A stretch of 64,000 nucleotides of DNA from sequence record SRR2962707_440; one strand, given 5' to 3'. The stretch's first letter is position 1; every line of letters begins with the position of its first letter. The notes beneath the pieces were generated by a model. The model was not told the origin of the DNA. It did no database searches and was given only the letters and a program-made list of their open reading frames with translations. This document shows positions 53,127-64,000 of the stretch, one piece after another. The translations under genes were made by a program, and so were the position numbers.

Positions 53127-54905
53127 CTATTTACTAGGAAGTCGCACAATAAAGCGCGCGCCCAAGATTTTTTCAGGATCCTTGGCATCGACGATATTTT
53201 GCGCATTTAGTGTTCCGCCATGGGCTTCGACGATCTGACGCGAAATAGACAAGCCGAGGCCGGAATTTTTCCCGAAATCTTCAGCGCCTGGACGGTCCGT
53301 ATAAAAGCGTTTGAAAATGGTCTCCATATTTTCTGCGCGAATGCCCGGGCCATTGTCTTCAACAAGGACTTCCAAAAAATCTTTCTTTCGCGATAGACGA
53401 ATATCGATTTTACCCGATTCATGGGGAATAAAGGTTCGCGCATTCTCAACCAAATTGGTTATGATTTGCCCTAGGCGTGATTCATGACCCATCAGGTAAT
53501 AATAGTTTTTAGCACCGTGCGGCGGCTTATCGACATGCAAGGTCACCTTCATTTCACCCAAGTGACCCTGATCGAAAATCGAAACCAGATTGCGCAGCAA
53601 TTGTTCTAAATTAACGGGCGTTGATTCTTCGCGGACCAATTCGGCATCCAAACGCGATGCGCCAGAAATATCTGTAATTAACCGATCAAGACGGCGAACA
53701 TCGTGCTCGATCACAGCAAGCAGGCGATTGCGCATGTCTTCTGTTTTCACACGCGGCAATGTTTCCACGGCACTGCGCAGCGAAGTCAGTGGATTTTTAA
53801 GCTCATGGCTGACATCGGCCGCAAAGCTCTCAATCGCATCGATGCGACCATAAAGGGACTCCGTCATATCCCTTAGCGCTGTAGACAAATTGCCTATTTC
53901 GTCTTGCCGTTCCGAGAAATCTGGAATTTCTTCACGTGCTTTGATGGATGTGCGCACGCGCACGGCAGCAGCCGACAAACGGCGCAGCGGATTGGCAATC
54001 GTTCCAGCGAGCAACATAGAAAGAATAATGTTGACGACGACCGCAACGGAGAAAACACGAAACATCGCATAGCGTTCAGCGGTCACGATTTTATCAATGT
54101 CACCGCCCTGCGTCGATAATTGCAAAACACCAAGAACTGCGCGGTAACGCTGAACGGGAACGGCAACCGAAACAATCATTTCGCCCTTTTGCGAGACACG
54201 CACTATTTGGCTTCGTCCGCCAGATAAAGCGCCAATGACTTCTGGATAGGCGGCGCCGGTGCCACCTGGCTCCTCACGATCAACCGGCAAATCATGACGT
54301 TTTAGAAATTCAGCTAGATAACCTTCAAGCCGATCAATCAGATTGGGTGCGGGCGTATCGAGTGGATCAAGCTCATAGCGCAATATCTGACCGGAAGAAT
54401 AAAGATGGCGCGAATCAAGAATAAGGTTCGCATCACGGTCATAAATCCGCGCACGGGTGCGTGTTGGTGAAATCAGCCGCCGTAAGACCGGCGCAACACG
54501 CTCTGGGTTTATCGGAAAATCAAGACTGTCGAGACTATCAACGCTTGGATCGATGCTTTCGCCCGCCTGAAGTTCCAATAATTTTTCAGGATCAATCAGA
54601 ATGGCGTTTGTTTCAATTGTCGCTGAAGCGGCAATCGCACCCGCAATAATCTCGCCTTGTGTCATTAAGCTTTCAACGCGGGCATCAATCAAACCATCGC
54701 GGAACTGATTGAGGTATAAAATGCCCGACATCAAAAGACCGAGCGCAGCCAAGTTTAAAAACAGGATACGGCGTGTAATCGATGAAAACAGATAATGGCC
54801 GAAGACCCGACGAAACGGACCAAAGACGCTTTTAAGAGCGCGGCGAAGCGTCGAGGTCGACGCTCGCTCTTTAATCCCAATCATATGATCCGTATCAACG
54901 GCCAT
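53127..54905 (-). CDS. chvG: Sensor histidine kinase ChvG/ExoS
   Basis: Two TM segments, HAMP, DVSHELKNPL, FYTDRP, NSGLGLSISRQI. Confidence 0.93.
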   Translation of the reverse strand: MAVDTDHMIGIKERASTSTLRRALKSVFGPFRRVFGHYLFSSITRRILFLNLAALGLLMSGILYLNQFRDGLIDARVESLMTQGEIIAGAIAASATIETNAILIDPEKLLELQAGESIDPSVDSLDSLDFPINPERVAPVLRRLISPTRTRARIYDRDANLILDSRHLYSSGQILRYELDPLDTPAPNLIDRLEGYLAEFLKRHDLPVDREEPGGTGAAYPEVIGALSGGRSQIVRVSQKGEMIVSVAVPVQRYRAVLGVLQLSTQGGDIDKIVTAERYAMFRVFSVAVVVNIILSMLLAGTIANPLRRLSAAAVRVRTSIKAREEIPDFSERQDEIGNLSTALRDMTESLYGRIDAIESFAADVSHELKNPLTSLRSAVETLPRVKTEDMRNRLLAVIEHDVRRLDRLITDISGASRLDAELVREESTPVNLEQLLRNLVSIFDQGHLGEMKVTLHVDKPPHGAKNYYYLMGHESRLGQIITNLVENARTFIPHESGKIDIRLSRKKDFLEVLVEDNGPGIRAENMETIFKRFYTDRPGAEDFGKNSGLGLSISRQIVEAHGGTLNAQNIVDAKDPEKILGARFIVRLPSK

Positions 54906-54962
54906 TTAATGCGGCCCCATGACTGCAAATGCGCAGCATTTAGAATCTATATTCAAATATAA

Positions 54963-55670
54963 TCACGCAGCTTCGCGGAAACGATATCCAACACCGTAAA
55001 GTGTTTCGATCATTTCAAAATCATCATCGACAACTTTGAACTTTTTGCGAAGACGTTTGATATGGCTGTCGATGGTGCGGTCATCGACATAAACTTGATC
55101 GTCATAGGCAGCATCCATCAACGCATCACGGCTTTTGACAACGCCGGGGCGTTGGGCAAGCGCATAGAGGATCAAGAATTCGGTCACAGTCAGTGTGACG
55201 TTCTTTTCCTTCCACTCACAGGTGTGACGTTCTTGGTCGAGCACCAAATGACCGCGCACGATAGTTTGGGCTGTGCCGGCATCACCTGGCTTTAGCTGAA
55301 CTTCGCGCGCAGCGGTGCGGCGCATGATCGCTTTTACACGTTCAATCAACAGCCGCTGAGAGAAAGGTTTGGTGATAAAATCATCAGCGCCCATTTTAAG
55401 GCCAAACAATTCGTCAATCTCATCGTCTTTGGATGTTAGGAAAATCACCGGAAGATCAGACTTTTGACGCAAATGGCGGAGCAATTCCATGCCGTCCATG
55501 CGCGGCATTTTAATATCAAAAATCGCAAGGTTAGGTGGCTTTGCGAGCAAACCCTCAAGCGCAGAAGCGCCATCGGTGTAGGTTTCAACGCGGAAGCCTT
55601 CGGCCTCTAAGGCAATTGACACTGAGGTCAATATATTGCGGTCATCATCGACCAGCGCAATTGTTTGCAT
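54963..55670 (-). CDS. chvI: Response regulator ChvI
   Basis: [41 protein letters not shown]. Confidence 0.95.
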   Translation of the reverse strand: MQTIALVDDDRNILTSVSIALEAEGFRVETYTDGASALEGLLAKPPNLAIFDIKMPRMDGMELLRHLRQKSDLPVIFLTSKDDEIDELFGLKMGADDFITKPFSQRLLIERVKAIMRRTAAREVQLKPGDAGTAQTIVRGHLVLDQERHTCEWKEKNVTLTVTEFLILYALAQRPGVVKSRDALMDAAYDDQVYVDDRTIDSHIKRLRKKFKVVDDDFEMIETLYGVGYRFREAA

Positions 55671-55875
55671 TGTATAATTGTCTCCAACCTTCATCTAGCG
55701 TCCCTTCATAGACCAATTTGTGCTTTAGGGAAAACGCGTAAACTCCGGTTAAATTGTGGCACACAGCAAAAATAGCCATATGCGGCTTTAAAGCAAAGGA
55801 TTCTCAGCTAATGATCACCTCCGCTTTGAGCTTCAGATCAATCAGAATCCCACATTTGTTAATAAAACCAGTTAA

Positions 55876-55919
55876 TTTAAACCGATTGAAACGATTTTTA
55901 AATTTTTAAACCGATTAAA
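55876..55919. promoter_or_regulatory. Tandem LacI-type (PckR-like) operators upstream of pckA
   Basis: TTTAAACCGATTGAA (55876) and TTTAAACCGATTAAA (55905), plus AAACGATT at 55889. Confidence 0.6.
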
Positions 55920-56025
55920 CATTTGAGAATATGTGTGAATTCTGATTGAGCCTGCAAACCGACTGTGTTTTTAGCAGTCGGATTATTTCACAATTCTGTA
56001 ACAACGAATGAAATTGGTGACTAAG

Positions 56026-57636
56026 ATGAAAACACATGGCGTATTCAATACAGCGCATAACTTGGATAAAAATGGGATCACAGGCGCTGCCGTAGCCTAT
56101 TTTAACTTCTCCGAGGCGCAGCTTTATGAATATGCCATCCGCGCCGGCGAAGCTGAAATTTCAGCCGAAGGCGCCTTGGTTGCTAGAACAGGTGTTCATA
56201 CAGGTCGTTCCGCGCAAGATAAATTCGTCGTTAAAGACGGAATTGTTGACGAGAAAATTTGGTGGGACAACAACAAGGCGATGTCACCGGATGCGTTTGA
56301 AACGCTTTACGCTGATATGGTTGATCACATCGAAGGCAAAGAGGTTTTTGTTCAAGACCTGATTGGCGGCGCTGATGAAACACACAATATCAAAGCGCGT
56401 GTCATCACTGAAAAAGCGTGGCACTCATTATTCATCCGCAATTTGCTCATCCGTCCAGATCGCGCAAGCCTTCCTGATTATGTGTCTGAGATGACAATTA
56501 TCGATCTGCCTTCATTTAGCGCCGATCCTGTTCGTCACGGTTGTCGCTCTGAAACTGTTATTGCAATCGACCTAACACGGATGATTGTTCTGATTGCTGG
56601 CACTTCTTACGCCGGCGAAATGAAAAAATCTGTTTTCACCGCGCTTAACTACTTGCTCCCTGAAAGCAACGTGATGCCGATGCATTGTTCTGCCAATGTC
56701 AGTTCTGAAGGCGAAGCGGCTGTGTTCTTCGGCCTTTCAGGCACAGGCAAAACAACTTTGTCTGCGGATCCGACACGCACATTGATTGGTGATGATGAAC
56801 ATGGTTGGGGTCCAGACGGCATTTTTAACTTTGAAGGTGGCTGCTACGCAAAAACAATTCGTTTGAGCGCAGAAGCTGAACCAGAAATTTTTGCAACGAC
56901 ACGTCGTTTCGGCACAGTGCTTGAAAATGTGGTTTTGGATGAAAACCGCGTGCCTGATCTTGATGACGGCTCACTAACCGAAAACACACGCTGCGCTTAT
57001 CCTTTGCACTTTATCCCAAATGCAAGCGCAACAGGCAAAGCTGGTCACCCGAAGAACATCATCATGCTAACTGCTGATGCTTTTGGTGTAATGCCTCCGA
57101 TTGCAAAACTAACATCAGCGCAGGCGATGTATCATTTCCTATCTGGCTACACAGCCAAAGTGGCTGGTACAGAAAAGGGTGTAACAGAGCCAGAAGCAAC
57201 ATTCTCAACCTGTTTTGGTGCGCCGTTCATGCCGCGTCACCCTTCAGAATATGGCAATTTGCTGCGTGAACTCATCGCTGAGCACAATGTCAATTGCTGG
57301 CTCGTTAATACAGGTTGGACTGGCGGCGCTTACGGCGTTGGCAATCGTATGCCAATTAAAGCAACACGCGGCCTGCTTTCTGCGGCGCTTGACGGCGATC
57401 TTATCAATGTCGACATGCGCGTAGATCCAAACTTTGGCTTCATGGTTCCTGTTGCCGTTGACGGTGTGGATAGCAAAATTCTTAACCCACGCGATACATG
57501 GTCTGATAAAGCAGCATATGATTTGCAGGCTGCAAAACTGGCCAATATGTTCCGCGATAATTTTGAGAAATTTGCTGACCATGTAGATATCGAGGTCAAT
57601 GACGCTGCGCCTCGATTTCTCGAAGCCGCAGAATAA
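56026..57636 (+). CDS. pckA: PEP carboxykinase (ATP)
   Basis: [45 protein letters not shown]. Confidence 0.98.
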   Translation: MKTHGVFNTAHNLDKNGITGAAVAYFNFSEAQLYEYAIRAGEAEISAEGALVARTGVHTGRSAQDKFVVKDGIVDEKIWWDNNKAMSPDAFETLYADMVDHIEGKEVFVQDLIGGADETHNIKARVITEKAWHSLFIRNLLIRPDRASLPDYVSEMTIIDLPSFSADPVRHGCRSETVIAIDLTRMIVLIAGTSYAGEMKKSVFTALNYLLPESNVMPMHCSANVSSEGEAAVFFGLSGTGKTTLSADPTRTLIGDDEHGWGPDGIFNFEGGCYAKTIRLSAEAEPEIFATTRRFGTVLENVVLDENRVPDLDDGSLTENTRCAYPLHFIPNASATGKAGHPKNIIMLTADAFGVMPPIAKLTSAQAMYHFLSGYTAKVAGTEKGVTEPEATFSTCFGAPFMPRHPSEYGNLLRELIAEHNVNCWLVNTGWTGGAYGVGNRMPIKATRGLLSAALDGDLINVDMRVDPNFGFMVPVAVDGVDSKILNPRDTWSDKAAYDLQAAKLANMFRDNFEKFADHVDIEVNDAAPRFLEAAE

Positions 57637-57661
57637 GTAATTAATTGCCTCCAGCAATTCG

Positions 57662-57692
57662 GCCTGCCGCGCAACCGGCGGGCTTTTTCTTT
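57662..57692 (+). terminator. Terminator after pckA
   Basis: GCCTGCCG-CGCAAC-CGGCGGGC-TTTTTCTTT. Confidence 0.75.
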
Positions 57693-57763
57693 GCGCTCAC
57701 GCTACAGACGTTTTAAGCTATGGTCAGGCAAATGCAGCCATCATCGTGACCAATGGATAGAAA

Positions 57764-58201
57764 ATGGCTACCCGCGACCTCGAAATTCGCCCCAATAAAA
57801 TTATTCCAAGCTGGTCTATGACTGAAAGCTTCATATTGGCTGGCGGACCTGGCGGCCAAAATGTGAATAAAGTCGCGACGGCCGTGCAATTACGTTTCAA
57901 CGCCATTGCTGTTCAAGAACTTTTCACCGAACGCCAATATGAACAATTGATCAAGCTTGCCGGAAGCAAAGCGACAAAAGCGGGCGAAATCATCATCGAA
58001 GCATCAAAGTTTCGCACGCAAGAGCGAAACCGCGAACATGCCCGTGAACGCTTATTAGAGCTGGTGCAAAAAGCGCTTGAACCGCCGCCGCCGCCGCGCC
58101 GAAAAACAAGACCGACCAGAGGTTCAGTCGAGCGAAGGCTCAAAGCGAAGTCAGGTCGCGCGGAAATTAAGAAAAATCGAGGCAAGCCAGATGGTGAATA
58201 G
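57764..58201 (+). CDS. arfB: Alternative ribosome rescue factor ArfB
   Basis: GGPGGQNVNKV, RTQERNR, basic tail R.KTRPT.GS.ERRL..K. Confidence 0.93.
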   Translation: MATRDLEIRPNKIIPSWSMTESFILAGGPGGQNVNKVATAVQLRFNAIAVQELFTERQYEQLIKLAGSKATKAGEIIIEASKFRTQERNREHARERLLELVQKALEPPPPPRRKTRPTRGSVERRLKAKSGRAEIKKNRGKPDGE

Positions 58202-58286
58202 CCAGCAAATTTATTTTACGCTACAAAAAGACATTATTTTGGTGCTAGCTTCGGGTAACACTGGTCTTAATTAGAGGAGAATGAAT

Positions 58287-58736
58287 ATGGGTTTGTTTAG
58301 TTTCATCAAGTCTGCAGGCAAAAAACTCGGCATTGGCGGCGATGATGCGCCAGATGCTGAATCAATTAAAAAAGAACTCGAATCACACGGTTTGGGCACA
58401 GATAAAGTTGAAGTTGCGGTTGTTGATGACAAAGTTGTTCTCAAAGGCGCTGTTAAAGATCAATCAATCTTTGAAAAAGCAATTGTCGCTGTTGGTAACA
58501 CGCTGGGAATTTCTTCAGTTGAAGCGGCTGATTTGGAAGTCGACGGCGCCGCTGCTGGTGAGCCAACATTCCACACAGTGGAAAAGGGTGACACACTTTG
58601 GGCTGTTGCTGAAAAAGCCTATGGCAAAGGCAAAGGCCCAAAATACGAAGTTATTTTTGAAGCCAATAAGCCAATGCTGACGCACCCAGATAAAATCTAT
58701 CCTGGTCAAGTGCTTCGTATTCCAGCGCTCGACTAA
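58287..58736 (+). CDS. BON-LysM protein (Kbp/YgaU-like)
   Basis: MGLFSFIK.AG.KL, AVGN..G, HTVEKGDTLW, IFEANKPML.HPDKIYPGQVLRIP. Confidence 0.9.
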   Translation: MGLFSFIKSAGKKLGIGGDDAPDAESIKKELESHGLGTDKVEVAVVDDKVVLKGAVKDQSIFEKAIVAVGNTLGISSVEAADLEVDGAAAGEPTFHTVEKGDTLWAVAEKAYGKGKGPKYEVIFEANKPMLTHPDKIYPGQVLRIPALD

Positions 58737-58747
58737 TCATTCAAAAG

Positions 58748-58780
58748 TTTGCCGCTCGTTGATATAGCGGGCGGCAAAAA
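58748..58780. terminator. Hairpin after the LysM gene
   Basis: TTTGCCGCTCGT...GCGGGCGGCAAA inverted repeat. Confidence 0.55.
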
Positions 58781-58786
58781 TCATCT

Positions 58787-59407
58787 GTGTTACAAGTTTC
58801 CGACGGAATTTTCTATTTTCCCAGTTTTCTCGATCTAGGCGAACAGCAAAACCTAGTCGAAGAAATTCGGCAGATCGTCGCTCAAGCCCCTCTTTATACG
58901 CCGATTATGCCCCGCACTGGAAAACCAATGAGCGTGCGCATGACCAATTGCGGCTCACTTGGATGGGTGACCGATAAAGAGCGCGGCTACCGCTACCAAA
59001 AAATGCATCCGGTGAGCGGCCACCCATGGCCAGCAATTCCCGACACTTTGCTCTCACTTTGGTCTGAACTGGCTAATTATGAGCACAAACCAGAGGCGTG
59101 CCTAATCAATTTTTATGAGGCAGCGGCCAAAATGGGCCTTCATCAAGACCGCGATGAGGAAAATTTTGACGCGCCGGTGGTTTCGATATCTTTGGGTGAT
59201 AGCTGCTTATTCCGCATTGCCAATAAAACGCGCGGCGGGCCTTCACAATCACTCAAACTTCATTCAGGCGATGCGATCATATTGAGCGGGAAAGGGCGAC
59301 TTGCTTTTCACGGCGTTGATCGGATTTACCCAGATACATCAACACTTTTGAAAAATTCTGGCCGGATCAATTTAACGCTTAGGCGCGTAACGAAGGCCCA
59401 AAGCTAG
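58787..59407 (+). CDS. alkB: AlkB-family 2OG-Fe(II) dioxygenase
   Basis: [28 protein letters not shown] (HxD), FHGV, RINLTLR. Confidence 0.9.
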   Translation: MLQVSDGIFYFPSFLDLGEQQNLVEEIRQIVAQAPLYTPIMPRTGKPMSVRMTNCGSLGWVTDKERGYRYQKMHPVSGHPWPAIPDTLLSLWSELANYEHKPEACLINFYEAAAKMGLHQDRDEENFDAPVVSISLGDSCLFRIANKTRGGPSQSLKLHSGDAIILSGKGRLAFHGVDRIYPDTSTLLKNSGRINLTLRRVTKAQS

Positions 59408-60447
59408 AGTTTGCGCAATAAGACAGATTCGACCAAATGGTTTGAACCTTTGCGCAAAATCAGATCTGCGCGTGGGCGGGTCGGTAAAATATTCTCATTC
59501 AAATTTTTCAAATTGATATTCGCCCAAAGTGATTCAGCAACCGCCTTTGCGGCCTCTTTAGACAATTGCGTATAGCGATGGAAAAATGAACGTGGGTCGA
59601 TAAATGCCGTGTCTCGCAGACGCATGAAGCGCTCAATATACCAAGAGTGGATCAGCTCATCATCGGCATCGATATAAATCGAGAAGTCAAAGAAGTCAGA
59701 AACAAAAGGAACCGCACGCCCATCTTCAGGCAATTTACTCACCTGAAGAACATTGATGCCCTCAAAAATAAGAATGTCTGGTTGATGGACCGTCTGTTTT
59801 TCATCGGGCAAAACATCATAAATAAGATGCGAGTAAAGCGGCGCTTCAACATCGGATTTCCCCGCTTTAATCTCAGACAAAAACCGCAAAACAGCGCCAA
59901 TATCATAGCTTTCTGGAAAGCCTTTTCGCTCCATTAGTTCGCGCTTACGCAGTTCCGCATTCGGCAGCAAAAAACCATCGGTTGTCACCAAATCAACCTT
60001 CGGGCTGGTTGGCCAGCGCTGCAAAAGTTCTTTCAAAATACGCGCCGTCGTGGATTTTCCCACAGCAACAGAACCGGCAACACCAATGATAAACGGGGTT
60101 TTTTGCGCGCCCGTCACATTCAAGAAACCTTTTCGCTCCTCAAATAGAGACTGCGTTGCCGCCACATGGGCATAGAGCAACCGCGATAAGGAGAGATAAA
60201 TGCGGCGTACTTCGTCCAAATCAACAGGGTCGTTCAAAGAACGAAGGCGCGTAACCTCATCCTGTGACAATGTGAGCGGCGTATCGGCGCGAAATTCAGC
60301 CCATTCATCAGCCGAAAACAATCGATAGGGCGAAAAATTTCCACCCGCCAATTGGTCGATCACAGGATCATTGCTGGGACTAGTCTGCCCGGCTTCGCTT
60401 GGATTTCTGTCTGCGTTGGTTTTTTCAGCGTTTAAGGGCCATTTCAT
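59404..60447 (-). CDS. coaA: Type I pantothenate kinase
   Basis: [38 protein letters not shown]. Confidence 0.96.
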   Translation of the reverse strand: MKWPLNAEKTNADRNPSEAGQTSPSNDPVIDQLAGGNFSPYRLFSADEWAEFRADTPLTLSQDEVTRLRSLNDPVDLDEVRRIYLSLSRLLYAHVAATQSLFEERKGFLNVTGAQKTPFIIGVAGSVAVGKSTTARILKELLQRWPTSPKVDLVTTDGFLLPNAELRKRELMERKGFPESYDIGAVLRFLSEIKAGKSDVEAPLYSHLIYDVLPDEKQTVHQPDILIFEGINVLQVSKLPEDGRAVPFVSDFFDFSIYIDADDELIHSWYIERFMRLRDTAFIDPRSFFHRYTQLSKEAAKAVAESLWANINLKNLNENILPTRPRADLILRKGSNHLVESVLLRKL

Positions 60448-60767
60448 TTTGCTGATCGAGCCGCTTTTTCTGCCAAACCACTCTGAACAGTTCGCTTTGA
60501 AAGCTCTGAAAAGATGTCATCTATTTTAATGCCGCGCATGTGAAGCACCACAAGCAAGTGATAAAGCAGGTCTGCTGCTTCACCGGTCAAGGCTTCATCA
60601 TCTTCGCTTAAAGCGGCAATAATTGTCTCAACAGCTTCTTCGCCCAGCTTTTTAGAGGCTTTGCCCATGCCGGACGAAACCAATTTTGCTGTCCACGAAG
60701 AACCATCGGTAACGCTAGCGCGTGACGCGACGATTGTTTCCAAATCTTTTAATGAAAATTGTGTCAT
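60444..60767 (-). CDS. hisE: Phosphoribosyl-ATP pyrophosphatase
   Basis: [22 protein letters not shown]. Confidence 0.95.
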   Translation of the reverse strand: MTQFSLKDLETIVASRASVTDGSSWTAKLVSSGMGKASKKLGEEAVETIIAALSEDDEALTGEAADLLYHLLVVLHMRGIKIDDIFSELSKRTVQSGLAEKAARSAK

Positions 60768-60771
60768 GCGC

Positions 60772-61557
60772 TCAAGCCATTGGATCTAGTCGAACATTTA
60801 TACCGGCATTGGCCATAAATGTCTTGGCCTCTTGTATCGTATAAGTGCCGAAATGGAAAATCGAAGCGGCCAGAACGCCCGTTGCGTGACCTTCGCGGAC
60901 ACCTTCAACCAAATGCTGCAACTCACCAACTCCGCCCGAAGCAATGACCGGCACACGCACAGCGTCTGCGACCGCGCGGGTTAAAGGCAAATTATAGCCG
61001 ATTTTTGTGCCATCACGGTCCATTGAAGTCAGGAGGATTTCACCCGCCCCCAGCGCCACGACTTTTTGTGCAAATTCAACCGCATCAATGCCTGTTGGTG
61101 TGCGGCCGCCATGGGTAAATATTTCCCAGCGCGGCTCTTCGCCGTCTTTGGAAACTGTCTTTGCGTCAATGGCAACAACAATGCACTGATTGCCAAATTT
61201 ATCGGCAGCTTCTGCAACCAATTCAGGACGATTAACAGCAGCTGTGTTGATAGACACCTTATCCGCACCTGCGAGCAATAATTTGCGCACATCTTCGACA
61301 GCGCGAACGCCGCCGCCAACGGTGAGCGGCATGAAACATTGTTCCGCCGTGCGCGAGATAACATCATACATCGTGTCGCGATTGTCCGATGATGCTGTAA
61401 TATCGAGAAAGCACAACTCATCAGCGCCAGCGGCGTCATAGGCTTTTGCCGCTTCAACAGGGTCGCCGGCGTCGATTAAATCAACAAAATTGACGCCTTT
61501 CACGACGCGGCCATCTTTTACATCAAGGCAAGGAATGATGCGGGCTTTAAGGCTCAT
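60772..61557 (-). CDS. hisF: IGP synthase cyclase subunit
   Basis: [38 protein letters not shown]. Confidence 0.97.
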   Translation of the reverse strand: MSLKARIIPCLDVKDGRVVKGVNFVDLIDAGDPVEAAKAYDAAGADELCFLDITASSDNRDTMYDVISRTAEQCFMPLTVGGGVRAVEDVRKLLLAGADKVSINTAAVNRPELVAEAADKFGNQCIVVAIDAKTVSKDGEEPRWEIFTHGGRTPTGIDAVEFAQKVVALGAGEILLTSMDRDGTKIGYNLPLTRAVADAVRVPVIASGGVGELQHLVEGVREGHATGVLAASIFHFGTYTIQEAKTFMANAGINVRLDPMA

Positions 61558-62288
61558 TGGTTCAACACCTTTAATGCTTCAGCCGGATCGATGCGGCCAT
61601 CATAAAGTGCACGGCCAGAAATTGCGCCTTCCAGCTTAATGGCATCTGGCATTGTCATGCGCACAATGTCTGCCATTGAGGCAAGACCGCCCGATGCAAT
61701 AACTGGAATTGAAACATCATCGGCCAGCGCGATCGTCGATTCCCAATTAATGCCGGTGAGCACACCATCGCGGTCAATATCAGTGTAAATAATGGCGGCA
61801 ACGCCAGCGCCCTCAAAGCGCTGCGCCATTTCCGTAATGCCAAGCTCGGAGGCTTCGGCCCAGCCTTCAACGGCAACTTTGCCGCCTTTTGCATCAATGC
61901 CGACGGCAACTTGACCTGGGAACTTTTTACACGCTTCCATCACAAGCGCAGGATCACGCACCGCAACTGTGCCCAAAATAACGCGGGTTAGACCTTTCGA
62001 AAGCCAGTTTTCAATATGGGCTAATGTGCGAATGCCGCCGCCCAGTTGCACTGGATTTTTGGTCGCTTTTAAAATTTCCTCAACCGCTGCGCCATTCACG
62101 CTTTGACCCTCAAAAGCACCATTGAGATCAACGACATGAAGCCAGTTAAATCCGGCATCTTCAAATGCTTTGGCCTGATTGGCGGGGCTATCATTATAGA
62201 TCGTTGCCTGATCCATATCGCCCAATTTGAGGCGCACACATTGGCCATCTTTAAGATCAATGGCAGGAAAGAGAATTTTAGCTGCCAT
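61554..62288 (-). CDS. hisA: ProFAR isomerase
   Basis: [35 protein letters not shown]. Confidence 0.97.
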   Translation of the reverse strand: MAAKILFPAIDLKDGQCVRLKLGDMDQATIYNDSPANQAKAFEDAGFNWLHVVDLNGAFEGQSVNGAAVEEILKATKNPVQLGGGIRTLAHIENWLSKGLTRVILGTVAVRDPALVMEACKKFPGQVAVGIDAKGGKVAVEGWAEASELGITEMAQRFEGAGVAAIIYTDIDRDGVLTGINWESTIALADDVSIPVIASGGLASMADIVRMTMPDAIKLEGAISGRALYDGRIDPAEALKVLNQ

Positions 62289-62291
62289 GAT

Positions 62292-62942
62292 TTAAGGCTT
62301 CCATTTTAAGAAATTAGTGATGAGCGCTAAGCCCAAAAGCTGGCTTTTTTCAGGATGAAACTGCGTGCCAAACATATTATCGCGCAAAACTGCTGCCGTG
62401 ATCGGTCCGCCATAGTCAGCGGTCGCGATCACCTCTTCAGGGTTTTGAGCGGCTAAGTGATAGGAGTGAACGAAATAAGCGTGAAGGCCATCTGGTCCGG
62501 TATGAATACCATCAAACAAGGCATGATCGCGGGTCAGATCAATCGTGTTCCAGCCAATTTGCGGGATACGCAATTCTGGATCATTGGGCACCATTTCAAC
62601 GACGTCGCCTTTGATCCAATCAAAGCCTGCGGTCGTGGTTTTTTCCAGTCCGAGCGACGACATCAATTGCATACCAACGCAAATGCCAAAAAACGGTCGC
62701 CCTTTTTGGATCACCACTTCTTCAATGGCATCGCGCATACCGACAACTTTGGAAAGGCCCGCAGCGCAATCGGCATAGGCGCCAACCCCGGGCAATACGA
62801 TACGGTCCGCTTTTGCGACAATATCCGCATCATCCGTCAAAATAATTTCAGCATCAATACCCGCTTCTCGTGCGGCGCGCTCGAAGCTTTTCGTCGCAGA
62901 GCGCAGATTGCCCGATCCATAATCTATGATCGCTAGTTTCAT
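62292..62942 (-). CDS. hisH: IGP synthase glutamine amidotransferase subunit
   Basis: IDYGSGNL, LPGVG, GICVGMQ, YFVHSY, QFHPEKS. Confidence 0.97.
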   Translation of the reverse strand: MKLAIIDYGSGNLRSATKSFERAAREAGIDAEIILTDDADIVAKADRIVLPGVGAYADCAAGLSKVVGMRDAIEEVVIQKGRPFFGICVGMQLMSSLGLEKTTTAGFDWIKGDVVEMVPNDPELRIPQIGWNTIDLTRDHALFDGIHTGPDGLHAYFVHSYHLAAQNPEEVIATADYGGPITAAVLRDNMFGTQFHPEKSQLLGLALITNFLKWKP

Positions 62943-63409
62943 CGTTTAGTTCCAGTTGAGCCTAGGATCAAATCATCCTGAATATTATTTGACGGTGCGT
63001 CTATGAGCTTACCGCGTGGTTTTTGCGGCGCTTCATTGGCCGGTTGGTGCATCGCAAATCTTAGCTGAGCCTCATTGAGGTTATTTGCATCAATGACATC
63101 GGTTTGAATATAGCCCTTGAGAAGCAGCGTTTTGATACGCCACGCAGGACCTTCCAGCGCAACGAACGCAGAAACGAGAATCCCCAAAATGTAGACTAAG
63201 GGCACTAAGTTGATGTTTTGAGCTAACGCAAAAAGCATGCCGCAGGCCAATAAAACCAACCCCGCATGAAACCAAAGACGGTTCCAGAGCAACCAAATCA
63301 AAGGCATGATAAATGCGACAACAGAAAATGCATCACGCACAAATACGGTATTTTCTAACCCGTTATGTGATGATGCATCTGCATGGCGCAATACAACAAA
63401 GCTTGCCAT
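62939..63409 (-). CDS. DUF2628-like membrane protein
   Basis: FVRDAFS..AF..P..WLLWNRLW, hydrophobic core; between hisB and hisH. Confidence 0.7.
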   Translation of the reverse strand: MASFVVLRHADASSHNGLENTVFVRDAFSVVAFIMPLIWLLWNRLWFHAGLVLLACGMLFALAQNINLVPLVYILGILVSAFVALEGPAWRIKTLLLKGYIQTDVIDANNLNEAQLRFAMHQPANEAPQKPRGKLIDAPSNNIQDDLILGSTGTKR

Positions 63410-63412
63410 GAA

Positions 63413-64000
63413 TTATCCGTTCAAGGTTCCCTTGGTGGAAGGAATGCGATCTGCTTGGCGAGGGTCGATTTCAACCGACGTGCGAAGAACCCGCGCAACG
63501 GCTTTAAAGCATGTTTCCGCGATATGATGGCTGTTGGCCGCATAGTGATTTTTCACATGCAAGGTGATGCCAGCGTGCTGTGACAGCGCTTGGAAGAACT
63601 CGCGCACCAATTCGGTGTCAAAAGTGCCAATTTTGGGCGCGGTGAACTCAACATTCCAAACCAGAAATGGACGACCTGAAACATCAATGGCAGCAGATGT
63701 CATTGCTTCGTCCATTGCCAAATCAAGGCTGGCATAGCGTGCCACGCCGCGGCGTTCGCCCAGCGCTTTAGAAATTGCCTGCCCGATCGCAATGCCTGTA
63801 TCTTCCACAGTGTGGTGATCATCAATGTGCAAATCGCCTTTGGCGACGATATTCATATCAATCAACGAATGGCGTGAAAGCTGCTCAAGCATGTGATCGA
63901 AAAAGCCAATGCCCGTTTCAATCTTATTTTTGCCTGTGCCATCTAAATCCACTGATACAGAAATTTCTGTCTCATTGGTTTTGCGACTTACATCTGCCTT
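63413..64000 (-). CDS. hisB: Imidazoleglycerol-phosphate dehydratase (5' end lies beyond the window)
   Basis: Frame open to base 64000 (R.TNET); [27 protein letters not shown]. Confidence 0.96.
   Translation of the reverse strand, partial: KADVSRKTNETEISVSVDLDGTGKNKIETGIGFFDHMLEQLSRHSLIDMNIVAKGDLHIDDHHTVEDTGIAIGQAISKALGERRGVARYASLDLAMDEAMTSAAIDVSGRPFLVWNVEFTAPKIGTFDTELVREFFQALSQHAGITLHVKNHYAANSHHIAETCFKAVARVLRTSVEIDPRQADRIPSTKGTLNG

Noticed and set aside
1-64000. rRNA, tRNA, CRISPR arrays, IS elements, defence systems
   Set aside because: None recognised; intergenic gaps are short and accounted for by promoters and terminators. A tRNAscan/Infernal run would be needed to exclude small RNAs

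Overview
Densely coding (about 64 CDS) core-chromosome segment of an alphaproteobacterium of the Rhizobiales/Hyphomicrobiales, inferred from the divL, chvG-chvI, addAB, tsaE-amgK fusion and hprK-EIIA-HPr-ahcY arrangement; GC is moderate, roughly 50% by eye. It holds the blocks gshB-yraN-rsmI-hemW-rdgB-rph / hrcA-grpE; nth, ada, gpmA-dapB-msbA-like-glk-mgsA-mepA; pheT-pheS-rplT-rpmI and infC; trpFBA-accD-folC; trxA-addAB-murU-tsaE/amgK-divL-ahcY; HPr-EIIA-hprK-chvG-chvI / pckA-arfB; coaA-hisEFAH-hisB (truncated by the window end). I saw no rRNA, tRNA, CRISPR array, prophage or IS. The most interesting element is a three-gene cassette at 18140-21562. It pairs a GT2 polyprenol-phosphate sugar synthase and a GtrA flippase with a 605-aa multi-TM protein that carries, in order, motifs resembling the catalytic set of AglB/STT3 oligosaccharyltransferases but lacks the WWD sequon-reading motif. 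This is a candidate uncharacterised lipid-linked glycosylation system. Also notable: an unknown gene translationally coupled between pheS and pheT, a flavin monooxygenase between infC and rpmI, a structured rpmI leader, and several candidate regulatory sites (PckR-like, SahR-like, RpoH, GANTC cluster). Family assignments come from motif recognition only; no searches were run.
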